DNA of 64,000 nt from assembly GCA_044344255.1 (NCBI GenBank), contig JBIJDH010000012.1:165300-229299 (forward strand), given 5' to 3'. Positions 22,106-32,398 of this stretch are shown here, piece by piece (the stretch's first letter is position 1; each line of letters starts with the position of its first letter). Origin of the DNA: Myxococcota bacterium (GTDB lineage: Bacteria; Myxococcota_A; UBA796; UBA2385). The notes below the pieces were generated by a model. The model worked only from the letters and a program-made list of their open reading frames with translations, made no database searches and had not been told where the DNA came from. The position numbers and the translations under genes were made by a program.

Positions 22106-23074
22106 TTGAACCGCCCATTCGAGCCCGAGAGCGACTCCATCCGCCAGCGCGAAGACACCGGCGAGGTGACGGTTCGCCTGCCGGTGATGCGCCCTGCGCC
22201 CAACCGCCGCCGAGCTGTACCCACCCTCCGTGTGGTCGCGGGCAAGGACATGCTCCACTTCGTGCCGATCAACCCCGAGGAGAAGGTCCTGATCGGCCGA
22301 GACGAGGGCGCAGAGCTCCGCCTGGGTGACCCGACGGTCAGCAAGCGCCACGCCAACGTCCTCTCCGACGCCCACGGCGCTATCACCGTCGTCGACCTCG
22401 ACTCCACCAACGGCACCTCGGTCAACGGCAAGCCCATCCGCCGCACGACGCTGCAGCCGGGCGATCACCTCGAGGTCGGCGCGGTCTCGCTGCGCCTCGA
22501 TCTGCTGTCCCTCGATGAGATCGGCCACCTGGACCGTGTGCTCAAGCGCCTCGAGGCCTCGAACCGCGACCCCCTCACCGGCCTGCTGACTCGCGCCTTC
22601 TTCGACGACGAGCTGCCCGCGCTGGCGGAGAAGTGCTCGCGGGCAGACGTGCCCTTCTCTTGCGTCTTCGTTGACGTCGACCGCTTCAAGGCGGTCAACG
22701 ACAACTATGGCCATCAGCTCGGAGACGAGGTGCTCGTCGCCATCGGCCGGCTCGTGATGGTCGGCGTGCGCGATGCAGATCCCTCCATGCGCTACGGCGG
22801 CGAGGAGATCGTGCTCTTCCTGCCCGGCAGCACCGAGATGGGGGCCGCCGAGGTGGCCGAGCGCACCCGCAAGACGATCATGGGCCACGACTGGGACCGC
22901 ACCTCCCCCGGCCTGCGCATCACCGCCTCTTTCGGCGTCGCCGAGCGGTACTCCGACGAGTCCTTAAAAGATTGGCTGCGCCGCGCTGACGAGGCCGTCT
23001 ATTCGGCCAAGCACAGCGGGCGGAACCGAGTGGTTCGCGCCTCGACCATAGCGACCAGCTCGTCGTTTCGGTGA
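22106..23074 (+). CDS. FHA-domain diguanylate cyclase
   Basis: FHA: IGR..VSKRHA..DLDSTNGT. GGDEF: DPLTGL, DVDRFKAVND.YGH, RDAD I-site, RYGGEEI. TTG start after GGAG (ORF track start 22064). Confidence 0.92.
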   Translation: MNRPFEPESDSIRQREDTGEVTVRLPVMRPAPNRRRAVPTLRVVAGKDMLHFVPINPEEKVLIGRDEGAELRLGDPTVSKRHANVLSDAHGAITVVDLDSTNGTSVNGKPIRRTTLQPGDHLEVGAVSLRLDLLSLDEIGHLDRVLKRLEASNRDPLTGLLTRAFFDDELPALAEKCSRADVPFSCVFVDVDRFKAVNDNYGHQLGDEVLVAIGRLVMVGVRDADPSMRYGGEEIVLFLPGSTEMGAAEVAERTRKTIMGHDWDRTSPGLRITASFGVAERYSDESLKDWLRRADEAVYSAKHSGRNRVVRASTIATSSSFR

Positions 23075-25098
23075 ACCGCAGCCCGCGGCCGCCCACACAG
23101 GGCCGTCCGAAGCCCCCGGCGCCCGCAGGCCCGGATCGCAGCTCGATCGTGCTGGTGGTGCTGCTGGGGCTGGTCGGCCTGGGCTCGGTGGCGGGGACCC
23201 TGCTCATCCTCCGAGAAGAGCGGCTCCGGCGCGTTGACCTTGGTCGCGCCGAGCTCTCCGCGCTCGTCAGCCGGCAGGCGGCGGTGCAGCAGGGCGCGAT
23301 CGAGGCGGCGCTCCAGGCCCTCGCCGCCGGGGTGCCCTGGGCGGCGATCCCCACCGACCACGTAGACGAGCTCGCCCTCTTCGGTGGAGGGCCGGGTGGA
23401 CCGCAGCTCATCGCCCCCGCGCCGCCCTCCCGCGGGGATCCGACGCTGCTCATCGAGGAGGACTGCTTGCGCACGGCGCGCGCGCGAGCGACCTCGCAGG
23501 ACATCGAGGGGGCGTTGCTCGCCTTCCGCGCATGCGACGCGGAGCCGCCTGCGGTCCGCCTCACCGCGCGGTCGCAAGCGGCGGCGCTGCTCACCGACCA
23601 CGGCGAGCCCAGCCGCGCCCTCGAGCTGCTCCTCATCGGAGACCCGCCTCTGCCGTTGTCCTTCGCGCGCGCGAGGGAGCTGGACCCCCGCGAGCTGATC
23701 CGCCAGCGCGCCGAGGCGGCCCACGCCCAGACGAGACTGGGGAGGGAGGACACCGCCGAGGCCATCCTCTCCGCCGCGGTCCAAGAGATCTGTGACCTCC
23801 CCGCCTCCGATCTCGAGCTGCTGCTGCCCACCGCCGAGCGCATCGCCCGCACCGACCTCGGCGACGCCGCCCAGTCCCCCGACCCCGCCGCCTGCCTGGC
23901 TCCGGCCCGGGCACGCCTCGCCCGCTGGGAGCTGCTCCTGCGCGAGGTCTTACCCGTCGCGTTCCTCGACCAGGCCGCCGGTCGGGCCCTCCAGAGCCCG
24001 GTCGCCCTGCGGGTCGGCCCCGCCACCGAGGCCGCCGTAGACGGCTACGCCTTCATCCGGACGGTCGCGGACGGGCGCATCGCTGTGGCGACGGTCTCTC
24101 GGGAGGGCCTGCAAGACGCGCTGTGGGCCGCCTCTCTGTACCGCGAAGACGCCCCCTCCCTCGCGATCCTCGACGCCTCCGGGGCGGTCGCCCGCGGCGC
24201 GTCGCCCTCCACCACCCGCCGCGAGGTCGCCTTCGAGGTCTCCGCCGGGACCCTGCTCCCCGATCTCCGCTTGGTGCGCTGGCAAGGCGCCGACCCACTC
24301 CGTACGATGACGCAGCGCTTGATGGTGGCCCTCGGGCTCCCGCTCGCCGCGGCGATGGTGCTCGGCGCCCTGGCGATCGCGCGTCAAGCGCGCGCCGACC
24401 GCCACCTCCGCGAGCTCCACGATCGACAGCAGGCCTTCATCACGCGCGTCACGCACGAGCTGAAGACCCCGCTGGCCGGGATCCGGGTGATGGCCGAGAC
24501 CATCGAGATGGGGGCCGCGGAGGATCGGGAGACCAACCGCATCTTCAACAATCGGATCATCCAGGAGGCCGACAACCTCGGCCGCCGTATCGAGGAGGTC
24601 CTCACCGCCGCCCGCCGACCAGAGGTCCGAAACCTGACGGTGATCAAGCCCGCCGAGATGGCCGCGGCCCTCGTGGAGGAGTGGCGCCCCCGCATCGCCC
24701 AAGCGGGCGCCGTCCTCGAGGCCGATCTCCAACCTTGTTCGCCGGTGGAGGCTGATCCAGACCTCCTCCGGGACGCGCTCGGCAACCTGCTCGACAACGC
24801 CCTGAAGTACGGCCGCACCGGGGTGCGCGGGTTGGTGCGGGTGCGAACCTTCAATATGGGCGATTGGGTGGCCTTCGAGGTCACCGACAACGGGATCGGC
24901 GTCCCCCCAGCGATGCGGCGCCGGATCTTCGAGCGCTTCACGCGTGTCGAGGGCCCCGGCCGAGGCAAGGCGGGGGGCCATGGGCTCGGCCTCGCCTTCG
25001 TTCAAGAGTCCGCGCTGGCGCACGGCGGGCTGGTAGAGTGCCTGGACGGCTTAGAGGGCGGCTCCCGCTTTCGCCTCAAGCTGAAGCGGGCTCGATGA
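23071..25098 (+). CDS. Membrane sensor histidine kinase
   Basis: Two TMs; THELKTPL, NLLDNALKY, DNGIG, GHGLGL. Confidence 0.92.
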   Translation: MNRSPRPPTQGRPKPPAPAGPDRSSIVLVVLLGLVGLGSVAGTLLILREERLRRVDLGRAELSALVSRQAAVQQGAIEAALQALAAGVPWAAIPTDHVDELALFGGGPGGPQLIAPAPPSRGDPTLLIEEDCLRTARARATSQDIEGALLAFRACDAEPPAVRLTARSQAAALLTDHGEPSRALELLLIGDPPLPLSFARARELDPRELIRQRAEAAHAQTRLGREDTAEAILSAAVQEICDLPASDLELLLPTAERIARTDLGDAAQSPDPAACLAPARARLARWELLLREVLPVAFLDQAAGRALQSPVALRVGPATEAAVDGYAFIRTVADGRIAVATVSREGLQDALWAASLYREDAPSLAILDASGAVARGASPSTTRREVAFEVSAGTLLPDLRLVRWQGADPLRTMTQRLMVALGLPLAAAMVLGALAIARQARADRHLRELHDRQQAFITRVTHELKTPLAGIRVMAETIEMGAAEDRETNRIFNNRIIQEADNLGRRIEEVLTAARRPEVRNLTVIKPAEMAAALVEEWRPRIAQAGAVLEADLQPCSPVEADPDLLRDALGNLLDNALKYGRTGVRGLVRVRTFNMGDWVAFEVTDNGIGVPPAMRRRIFERFTRVEGPGRGKAGGHGLGLAFVQESALAHGGLVECLDGLEGGSRFRLKLKRAR

Positions 25099-25126
25099 GC
25101 CTCCTCCTCGCCCCCTGGAGCCCACC

Positions 25127-25813
25127 GTGACGGACCGCGCTCGAATCCTGGTCGTCGAAGACGACGACACCATCGCCCTCGGCGTGGTGCGCGCGTTGCA
25201 ACACGCCGGTCACGAGGTGCGCCGCTTCGACCGCATGGAGACCGCCATCGACACCCTGGCGGACTGGGCGCCACAGCTCGTCATCCTCGACGTGATGCTC
25301 CCCGGCGCCAGCGGCCTCGACATGCTCCGTTACCTTCGCCGCATTCATCACGAGCTGCCCGTGATCCTGGTGACGGCCCGCACCGCCGAGTCGGACCGCA
25401 TCGAGGGCCTCGACGCGGGGGCCGACGACTACCTGACGAAGCCCTTCTCCATCGCCGAGCTCCTGGCCCGCGTGCGCGCCCGCCTGCGCACCGCCCCCGA
25501 GCCCAGGAGCCCCGAGGTCGTCAAGGTGGGGATGGCCATGGTCGACCTCCGGCGGCGCCTGATCACCCGCGACGGGGTCGAGGAGCGTTTGACCACCCAC
25601 GAGGCCGGCGTGCTGGACTACTTCCTCTCCAACCCGAGCCGCGACATCACCCGTGAAGAGCTGCTCGAGCACGTCTGGGGCTACGCACCCACCATGCAGA
25701 CCCGCACGGTCGACAATCAGATCTTGAAGCTACGAAAGAAGATCGAGGCCGTCTCGGCAGATCCCCGTCACATCCTCACGATCCACGGGGTCGGCTACCG
25801 CTTTCTCCGCTAA
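25127..25813 (+). CDS. OmpR-family response regulator
   Basis: VVEDD, LDVMLP, DDYLTKPF, winged helix RTVDNQI..GVGYRF. Confidence 0.95.
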   Translation: MTDRARILVVEDDDTIALGVVRALQHAGHEVRRFDRMETAIDTLADWAPQLVILDVMLPGASGLDMLRYLRRIHHELPVILVTARTAESDRIEGLDAGADDYLTKPFSIAELLARVRARLRTAPEPRSPEVVKVGMAMVDLRRRLITRDGVEERLTTHEAGVLDYFLSNPSRDITREELLEHVWGYAPTMQTRTVDNQILKLRKKIEAVSADPRHILTIHGVGYRFLR

Positions 25814-25837
25814 GCCGAAGCCGCCTCGCCCGATCGC

Positions 25838-27172
25838 TCAGCGGCTGAGGCCCATCAGCAGCAGGAGCACCATCGCGAAGGCGAGCACCACCGAGAGGAC
25901 GATCCGCGCCCGTCGCCGAGCGGCCGGCGCAGGCGGGAGCTCCATCGTCTCTTCTTCGTGGACCGGGAGCAGCGCGGGCCTGCGCGCCGCCACGCCGGCC
26001 GGCCGCGGGATCCGGCCGTCCACCAAGGCGTCCGGCATCGGCACCGGCTGAGAATTCAAGAGGGCGCGCCGACAGAGATCGAGGGCCTTCTGCAGCTCGG
26101 GGATGTCGGCGAAGCGGCTCGCGGGGTCCTTCTCGAGGCAACAGCGCACCGTCCACTCGAGGTGCGGCGGGTAGCCATGGCCGGGCCGGACGTCATCGAA
26201 GCCGGGGGGCTGGTTGCGGAGGTGCGCGATCAGCACCGCGGAGCCCGTCAGGTCTGCGAAGGGCGTGCGGCCCATCAGGCAGCGGTAGAGCAGGATGCCG
26301 ACGGAGTAGATGTCGGTGCGCCCATCCACGCGACCGCCACCGACCTGCTCGGGGGACATGTAGGAGGGCGTGCCCACCAGCGTGCCCAGCCGCGTGAGGC
26401 CGCTCGAGTCTTCGATGTCCTTGGCGATGCCGAAGTCGACCAGCTTCACCAACGGCCGGCCGTCCTCCCCGCCGAGCACGAAGATGTTGGTCGGCTTGAT
26501 GTCTCGATGGACGATGCCCGCCTCATGGGCCTCGTCGAGGGCGTCACAGAGCTGATCGAGGATGTAGAGGGCCTCAGTCGGCGACAGGGGCCGCTCGCGG
26601 AGGCGCTTGGCCAAGGTGCGGCCCTCGATGAACTCCATCGCCACCCAGGTGCAGCGGGGATCGCGGCCGTGACCGAGCACCCGCACCGTGACCGAGCTCT
26701 GCAGCCTCGCCAGGGCCTCGCCCTCGCGGAGGAAGCGCTGGACGAGGTTGTCGCTGATCGGGTGGTCTTCATCCTGAGGGGTCGGCAGCACCTTGAGGGC
26801 CACCTTGCGGTTCGTCGCGAGCTCGCGCCCCTGGTAGACGCCGCCGACGGCGCCCCGCGAGATGAGCTGCTCCACACGGAAGCGCTCCGCGAGCACCATG
26901 CCCACCACGCCGTCATTGTCCAGCGCGTCAAGGCCCCGGGTGGGGAACGAGCCGCTCGTAGACGGCGGCGTGGGCGCGTCTTCCTCGAAGCCGGCCGGTG
27001 GGATCGCCGGCACGGGGCTCCTCGGGCGGGCAGCCGAGGCGAGCTCGGGCCTCACAGGTCCGCCGCTCGCCGGCTCGACCGGCGCACGAACCGGGCTCGG
27101 ACCCGCCGCTCCCCCGCCGCCTCGGAGGGTGACTGGAGTGATGCGGAGCTGGTCGCGTTGGGGGGGGGCCAT
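25838..27172 (-). CDS. Hanks-type Ser/Thr protein kinase with C-terminal TM
   Basis: VALKV, HRDIKPTN, DFG, GTPSYMSPE, DIYSVG. Confidence 0.95.
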   Translation of the reverse strand: MAPPQRDQLRITPVTLRGGGGAAGPSPVRAPVEPASGGPVRPELASAARPRSPVPAIPPAGFEEDAPTPPSTSGSFPTRGLDALDNDGVVGMVLAERFRVEQLISRGAVGGVYQGRELATNRKVALKVLPTPQDEDHPISDNLVQRFLREGEALARLQSSVTVRVLGHGRDPRCTWVAMEFIEGRTLAKRLRERPLSPTEALYILDQLCDALDEAHEAGIVHRDIKPTNIFVLGGEDGRPLVKLVDFGIAKDIEDSSGLTRLGTLVGTPSYMSPEQVGGGRVDGRTDIYSVGILLYRCLMGRTPFADLTGSAVLIAHLRNQPPGFDDVRPGHGYPPHLEWTVRCCLEKDPASRFADIPELQKALDLCRRALLNSQPVPMPDALVDGRIPRPAGVAARRPALLPVHEEETMELPPAPAARRRARIVLSVVLAFAMVLLLLMGLSR

Positions 27173-27277
27173 GCATGCAGTATGCCGGACCGCCCCCGTC
27201 CTGTTCAAGGCCCCACGGTCGCGCACCCTGTCAACAAATGTCTCTCAGCGGCGGGCGCGCGCGGAGCGCCCCTCGGG

Positions 27278-28159
27278 TCAGCGCCCGCTGAGCTTCCGGA
27301 CGACGACGCTGGCGGCGGCGAGGCCAAACGCGCCGGTCACAAAGCCGGCGGTACCCCAGATCACATGCCGATCATCGCAGCTATGGTGGTCATTCTCGCC
27401 GTTCGGGCAGACACAATGGAAGCCCTGCCCACGATCGTAGTGGAGCTCGCAGGGCTCCGAAGGGGCCTCCGTGGTGTAGACGGCCGGGATCCCCCAGGGG
27501 GCCTTCTCCGGAAAGTCATACTTCTGACGGAGGATCTTCCGCACCGCCGCCGCGAGAGGGTCAGTGTGGGTGAGCGCGAGGTCCGTCACGGTGATGCGCG
27601 TGGGGTCGATCCGCCCCGAGGCCCCGGTGCTGCTCACCACGGGCACGCCGCGCGAGCGGCACGTGGCGAGCAGGTGACACTTCGTCGTGATGTTGTCGAT
27701 CGCATCCACGACGAAGTCCGCCCCCGCCAAGAGGGAGTCCGCGATGCGGGGCTCGTAGAAGAGCGGCACCGCGCGGACCTGCGCGGCCGGGTTGATGAGG
27801 CGCAGCCGCTCGGCGAGGACCCGGGCCTTGGGCTGACCGACCGTCCCCTTCAGGGCCTGGACCTGACGGTTTGAATTGGTGACGCAGACGAGGTCAAAGT
27901 CGACCAGCGTGAGGTGCCCCACCCCGCTTCGGGCCAGGGCCTCGGCGGCGAAGGAGCCCACCCCCCCGAGGCCGATCACCACCACCCGCGCGTCGAAGAG
28001 GCGCGCCATCGCCTCGTCTCCGACGAGGCGCCCAATTCGATCGAAGCGTCGGTGGAGGTGGTACCGATCCTCGGTCGGCGCTTCGACGACCGCGCCCTCT
28101 ACGGCGGAAGCCAGCGGAGGCGCGGACGCGGTCGAATCCAGGGTGCGGGCTTCGCTCAC
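27278..28159 (-). CDS. tcdA: tRNA threonylcarbamoyladenosine dehydratase TcdA (ThiF family)
   Basis: GLGGVGS, ARSGVG, TNSNRQ, DAIDN, DPLA..VR..LR. GTG start overlaps tatD stop. Confidence 0.88.
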   Translation of the reverse strand: MSEARTLDSTASAPPLASAVEGAVVEAPTEDRYHLHRRFDRIGRLVGDEAMARLFDARVVVIGLGGVGSFAAEALARSGVGHLTLVDFDLVCVTNSNRQVQALKGTVGQPKARVLAERLRLINPAAQVRAVPLFYEPRIADSLLAGADFVVDAIDNITTKCHLLATCRSRGVPVVSSTGASGRIDPTRITVTDLALTHTDPLAAAVRKILRQKYDFPEKAPWGIPAVYTTEAPSEPCELHYDRGQGFHCVCPNGENDHHSCDDRHVIWGTAGFVTGAFGLAAASVVVRKLSGR

Positions 28160-28923
28160 GGTGCGCTCCAGTCGCGCAGGGTGGTCACGGGGAGCCGAAA
28201 GAGGCGCCGCGCGTTGCGCTCGGTGTAACGCGCGACCCAATCCGGCCCCTCTCCGCGCGCGTCGGCCACCGCCAGGACCAGGGCAGCGAGGTCCGGATCG
28301 GGGTGCGCGAGATCGGCGTCTGTCTCGACCAGAAGTCGATCCTCGGGGATGGCGCGCGCGAGGGCCGCGGCCCCGCCTCGCAAGAACGCGCGCGGTGAAA
28401 GTGACACACAGAGGCCGAGCGAGACCAGGGTTTGGGCGAGCTCCCGCGAACCTCCGAAGCTGTGGGCCATCCCCCCCGCGGCGGGCAGGCCGTCCGCCCG
28501 CAGGACCTCGATCACGGACGACCAGGCGGCCGCCCCGTGGAGTACGACGGGCATTGCGTAAGTGCGGGCGAGCGCGAGCTGCTCGCGGAAGGCGCGCCGC
28601 TGCAGATCGTAGCTCGATCGGGCTTGGGCGCGCCCGTGGTCGAGGCCGAGCTCGCCCACCCCCACGAGCCCTTCACCACCGACACGCAGCGCCTCCTCCA
28701 GCGCCACGAGGGCCGCATCCACCGCCTCCGGCCGCGCCCGCGCCACCACCCAGGGGTGGAGCCCGACGCAGCGAACCACGCCCGGGTGCCGCCGGACGAG
28801 CGCGAGCTGCCGGGCCCAGCCCGCCGGATCCACCCCCGCGAGCACCAGGCCCGACCGCTCGGCGAGGCGCGCCTGGAGCCCGATCTCCGGGAGCTGGTCG
28901 AGGTGGCAGTGCGCGTCGAACAC
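28156..28923 (-). CDS. tatD: TatD-family hydrolase/DNase
   Basis: DAHCHL, GELGLD, VVLH, HSF, LLVETD. Confidence 0.88.
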   Translation of the reverse strand: MFDAHCHLDQLPEIGLQARLAERSGLVLAGVDPAGWARQLALVRRHPGVVRCVGLHPWVVARARPEAVDAALVALEEALRVGGEGLVGVGELGLDHGRAQARSSYDLQRRAFREQLALARTYAMPVVLHGAAAWSSVIEVLRADGLPAAGGMAHSFGGSRELAQTLVSLGLCVSLSPRAFLRGGAAALARAIPEDRLLVETDADLAHPDPDLAALVLAVADARGEGPDWVARYTERNARRLFRLPVTTLRDWSAP

Positions 28924-28969
28924 CCTCGCCGGTAACCCGCCCGTGATGCCGGCCGGTTAGTCGCGACCG

Positions 28970-30340
28970 ATGGCCGACCGTTACGCCCGATCCCGCGCCC
29001 TGCTGAAGCGTGCCCGAAAGGTCATCCCCGGCGGAGTGTGGGGCCACCAGCGCTTCCCCGCCTTCCTGGACCACGGGCACTACCCCTACTTCGCCACCCG
29101 CGGCGAAGGGGCACGCTTCCAGGACGTCGACGGCAACTGGTACATCGACTACCTCTGCGGCTTCGGGGCCATGATCAACGGCCACGCCAACTCGATCGTC
29201 GACGAGGCGGTGGTCTTCGCCGCTCGGCGCGGCGACAGCCTCGACCTCCCCACCGAGCTCTCCGTCGAGCTCGCCGAGCTCATCTGCGCCCAGACCGCCC
29301 AAGCCGACTGGTGCTGCTACGGGAAGAACGGCACCGACGCGGTCCAGACGGCGATCCAGGTCGCGCGGGCCCACACCCTCCGTCGGCGGGTGGCCTGCGC
29401 CCGCGGCTCGCTGCACGGGGCCGCCGCGCCCGAGGGGGAGGGCGCCCTCCGCTTCGCATGGAACGACGGCCACGCGCTCCGCAGCCTGTTCGAGCGACAG
29501 GGTGAAGAGGTCGCGGCGATCCTGATCCCTGCGATCCACCAGCCGCTGGGAGGCCCCGCCGCCTCGCCGGAGCCCGCCTTCCTCGACGAGCTCCGTATGG
29601 TCAGCCGGGAGTGGGGGGCCGTGCTCATCGTGGACGACGTCCGCACCGGGCTCCGCGTCGATATGCGCGGCACCCACTCGACCTTCGGGCTGGAGGCTGA
29701 CCTCACCTGCCTCTCGCGCGCGATCGGCAACGGCTGGCCGCTCTCCGTGGTGGTCGGTCAGGAGCACCTCCGTCAGTCCGCGAGCTCGATCCCCACCGGC
29801 GGCGCCTTCTGGAACGCGCCCTCCGCCTTCGCGGCCGCGCACGCCAACCTCCGCCTGCTCGCCGAGAACGACGGTATCGCCCGAATGAACCGCCTCGGCC
29901 GGAAGCTCACCCTCGGCCTGACCCGCCTCGGGCGACAGCACGGGATCGAGGTCCAGCTCAGCGGCCCTCCCTCGGAGCCCACCGTCACGCTCGCCGACGA
30001 TCCGCAGGGGCGCTCGATGGGGTGGTTCGCACGAGAGATGGTCGCCCTGGGGTCCTTCGTACACCCAGCCCACCCTTGGTACCTCTCCACGGCTCACACC
30101 GAGGGGCACATCGAGGAAACCTTGGGCCACGCCAACCGCGTCCTCGGCTACCTCGCTCGGGCCCGAGAGGGGATGAGGCGACAGGCGGAGGAGCACACCG
30201 AGTCCCTCAGCGCCTCTCCTCCGGCCAGCCCCGCCGTCGAGGCTCGCGGGCCCCAAGGGCCGAGCACGCCGCCTGAAGAGGGCGACACCGCACCCCGCCG
30301 CATCGAGCCCAGCCCCCGGCGACGAGACGACGGCCAGTGA
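28970..30340 (+). CDS. Class-III aminotransferase (GSA-aminomutase-like) with degenerate PLP site
   Basis: DVDGNWYIDY..GFG, KNGTDA, DDVRTG; DLTCLSRAIGNG has R where K is normal. Confidence 0.8.
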   Translation: MADRYARSRALLKRARKVIPGGVWGHQRFPAFLDHGHYPYFATRGEGARFQDVDGNWYIDYLCGFGAMINGHANSIVDEAVVFAARRGDSLDLPTELSVELAELICAQTAQADWCCYGKNGTDAVQTAIQVARAHTLRRRVACARGSLHGAAAPEGEGALRFAWNDGHALRSLFERQGEEVAAILIPAIHQPLGGPAASPEPAFLDELRMVSREWGAVLIVDDVRTGLRVDMRGTHSTFGLEADLTCLSRAIGNGWPLSVVVGQEHLRQSASSIPTGGAFWNAPSAFAAAHANLRLLAENDGIARMNRLGRKLTLGLTRLGRQHGIEVQLSGPPSEPTVTLADDPQGRSMGWFAREMVALGSFVHPAHPWYLSTAHTEGHIEETLGHANRVLGYLARAREGMRRQAEEHTESLSASPPASPAVEARGPQGPSTPPEEGDTAPRRIEPSPRRRDDGQ

Positions 30341-30369
30341 GGGCCAGACGAGCGGCCATCCCGTCAGCA

Positions 30370-30407
30370 GCCGTCGGGTCCGCTGCCGTCGGGTCCGCTG
30401 CCGTCGG
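30370..30407. repeat. 15-bp tandem repeat (GCCGTCGGGTCCGCT, ~2.5 copies)
   Basis: Visible between convergent gene ends. Confidence 0.8.
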
Positions 30408-30818
30408 TCAGTAGCGGAAGTACTTGACCACCTGGCGGCAGGCGGGGTGGGACCACTCGAGGCCTTCGGCGACGAGGAGCTCGGCGAAGGCAGGCCCTGC
30501 CCGCTTGAAGCCCCATTGGACGAGCCCGCCCTGCACGTTCTCGCCGAGGGAGGTGCGCATCTCCATATCGCCGAACCAGGCGGCCTCACCTTCGCCCCGA
30601 CAGGTTCGATCTGTGAAACATGCGCCCATTCGAGAACAAACCAACACGATGTCGTGCATCTCGTCGGGATCGCGGCGCTCGGCCGAGAGGGTGCCATATC
30701 GCAGGCCCTCCGACTCGCTCGAGGAGGCCGTAGCCGAGCCGCCGCAGCCGGCCGCGACCGTGAGCACGAACACCAAGCTGGTCGCGAGCTTCGCGCGCGC
30801 TGGAGGGATGCTTTTCAT
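30408..30818 (-). CDS. Hypothetical lipoprotein
   Basis: MKSIPP..VLTVAAGC lipobox-like; several Cys. Confidence 0.55.
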   Translation of the reverse strand: MKSIPPARAKLATSLVFVLTVAAGCGGSATASSSESEGLRYGTLSAERRDPDEMHDIVLVCSRMGACFTDRTCRGEGEAAWFGDMEMRTSLGENVQGGLVQWGFKRAGPAFAELLVAEGLEWSHPACRQVVKYFRY

Positions 30819-30964
30819 CTTCGTTCCATCATCACTGGCGGAGCACCGCCTGGGAGAACCCCTAGATAACACGCCCGGCGGTACGGCTCCGAGGTGGACA
30901 ACAGGAGGGTTCTGTTGCAGCAGTCCGTACCACGTCCGGTGCATAACCGGACATCCGGACAGGC

Positions 30965-32398
30965 TCAACGCGGCGCCGCGGGTGGCTCCGGCGGAGTGGT
31001 CGGAGGTATCGCGCTGAGCTCCACCACAAAGCGGGCCCCAGAGAGCGTTCGTCCGTCTTCGACTCGCACGGAGCCTCCGTGCACCTCGATCACCCGCTGC
31101 ACGATGGCGAGGCCGGCACCGACACCCTCCTGGTCCCGATGATGGTCCATCCGCTTGAACAAATCGAAGATACGAAGCCGATCTTTCTCTGGTACACCCA
31201 GCCCGTCGTCCTCGATTGCGAACGCGGCCCTCCCCGGCGGCGCGTCGACGGACTCCAGCCGCACACGGGGCCCCACTCGCCCGCCGTACTTGATCGCGTT
31301 CTCAAGCAGGTTCTGCAGGACCTCCCGCAAGAGGTTCTTGTTGCACCAGAGCACGGGCAGCGGGTGGACCACCTCGAGCCGCGCGTCGCGCAGCCGCAGG
31401 ACCTCCGCGAGGTCCGCTCGGACCATCGAGATCAAGGTCTCGACCGACACAGCCTCCTGCTGCCCAGGGCTGTCCCCGACCCGCGCGAGGCGGAGCAGCT
31501 CGTCGATCAGGCCCCCCATGCGGAGCGCGGTCTGGACCATGCCTTCGCAGAGCTCATCAATGTTCTCTGCGGCAGCGGGGTTCTTCCCCGCGAACTGCAC
31601 GAGCTCGGCGCGGAGGGTGAGCACCTGGAGGGGCGCGCGAAGGTCGTGGCTGACGGCGGTGCTGAACTGGTTCAGCCACTCGTTCTTGCGCGTCAAGTCC
31701 TGGTTCGCGAGCCGAAGGGTGTCACTGGCCCGCGCGATGTCGGCGGTCTTCGCCGCGACCTCAGCCTCCAGCTGCTTCTGGCTGTTGACGATGTCGATGC
31801 TCGCCTCACCGGCGAGGAAGGCCATGCCGAGGCAGGCGATCCAGTAGGCCGCCACGGAGTCGGTGACGAAGCCCGGCTCGGTGACGAACTGGCGTGGGAT
31901 CATGTAGCCGTACGGGAGGATGTCCTCGATCCACCCATACTGTCGGGCGAGCACCAGGCCGCTGTAGAGCACGAGCTGGAGCGAGGCGATGCCCCACGCG
32001 TGGTTCTTGCCCGCGTAGACCGGCGCCATCACGACGCAGAGGCCAGTGATCGCCAGGGCCGGCGTCTCGAACTCGCCGGCCGCGTAGAAGAAGACCAGCG
32101 CCAGGACGGAGTCAAAGTAGAGCAAGGCCAAGACGAGCCCGGTGGTGAACCGGAGCTTGAGGAAGGCCGTCCAGCCGCCGACCGTCATGGCCGCCGCCAG
32201 GCCCACGAAGAGGGCGGACTGGCCGATCAGCCGCACCGACATGGTGCCCGAGACGATGGAGACGGCGACCACGACAAAGGTGAAGGCCAGCAGGGCGCTC
32301 TGGGCGATCAGGAAGCGGCGCGCCCGCACCGCCTCGACGGAGGCCCCCACCGCGCTCGGCGGGGCGACGGAGAGGCGGGGCGACTCAGGGGCCGACAT
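30965..32398 (-). CDS. Multi-TM sensor histidine kinase
   Basis: About 6 TMs; SHDLRAPL, NLLENAIKY, DDGLG, GVGAGL. Confidence 0.92.
   Translation of the reverse strand: MSAPESPRLSVAPPSAVGASVEAVRARRFLIAQSALLAFTFVVVAVSIVSGTMSVRLIGQSALFVGLAAAMTVGGWTAFLKLRFTTGLVLALLYFDSVLALVFFYAAGEFETPALAITGLCVVMAPVYAGKNHAWGIASLQLVLYSGLVLARQYGWIEDILPYGYMIPRQFVTEPGFVTDSVAAYWIACLGMAFLAGEASIDIVNSQKQLEAEVAAKTADIARASDTLRLANQDLTRKNEWLNQFSTAVSHDLRAPLQVLTLRAELVQFAGKNPAAAENIDELCEGMVQTALRMGGLIDELLRLARVGDSPGQQEAVSVETLISMVRADLAEVLRLRDARLEVVHPLPVLWCNKNLLREVLQNLLENAIKYGGRVGPRVRLESVDAPPGRAAFAIEDDGLGVPEKDRLRIFDLFKRMDHHRDQEGVGAGLAIVQRVIEVHGGSVRVEDGRTLSGARFVVELSAIPPTTPPEPPAAPR

Noticed and set aside
18415..22446. 1343-aa minus-strand ORF
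   Set aside because: Antisense to the clearly coding OmpA polyprotein gene.
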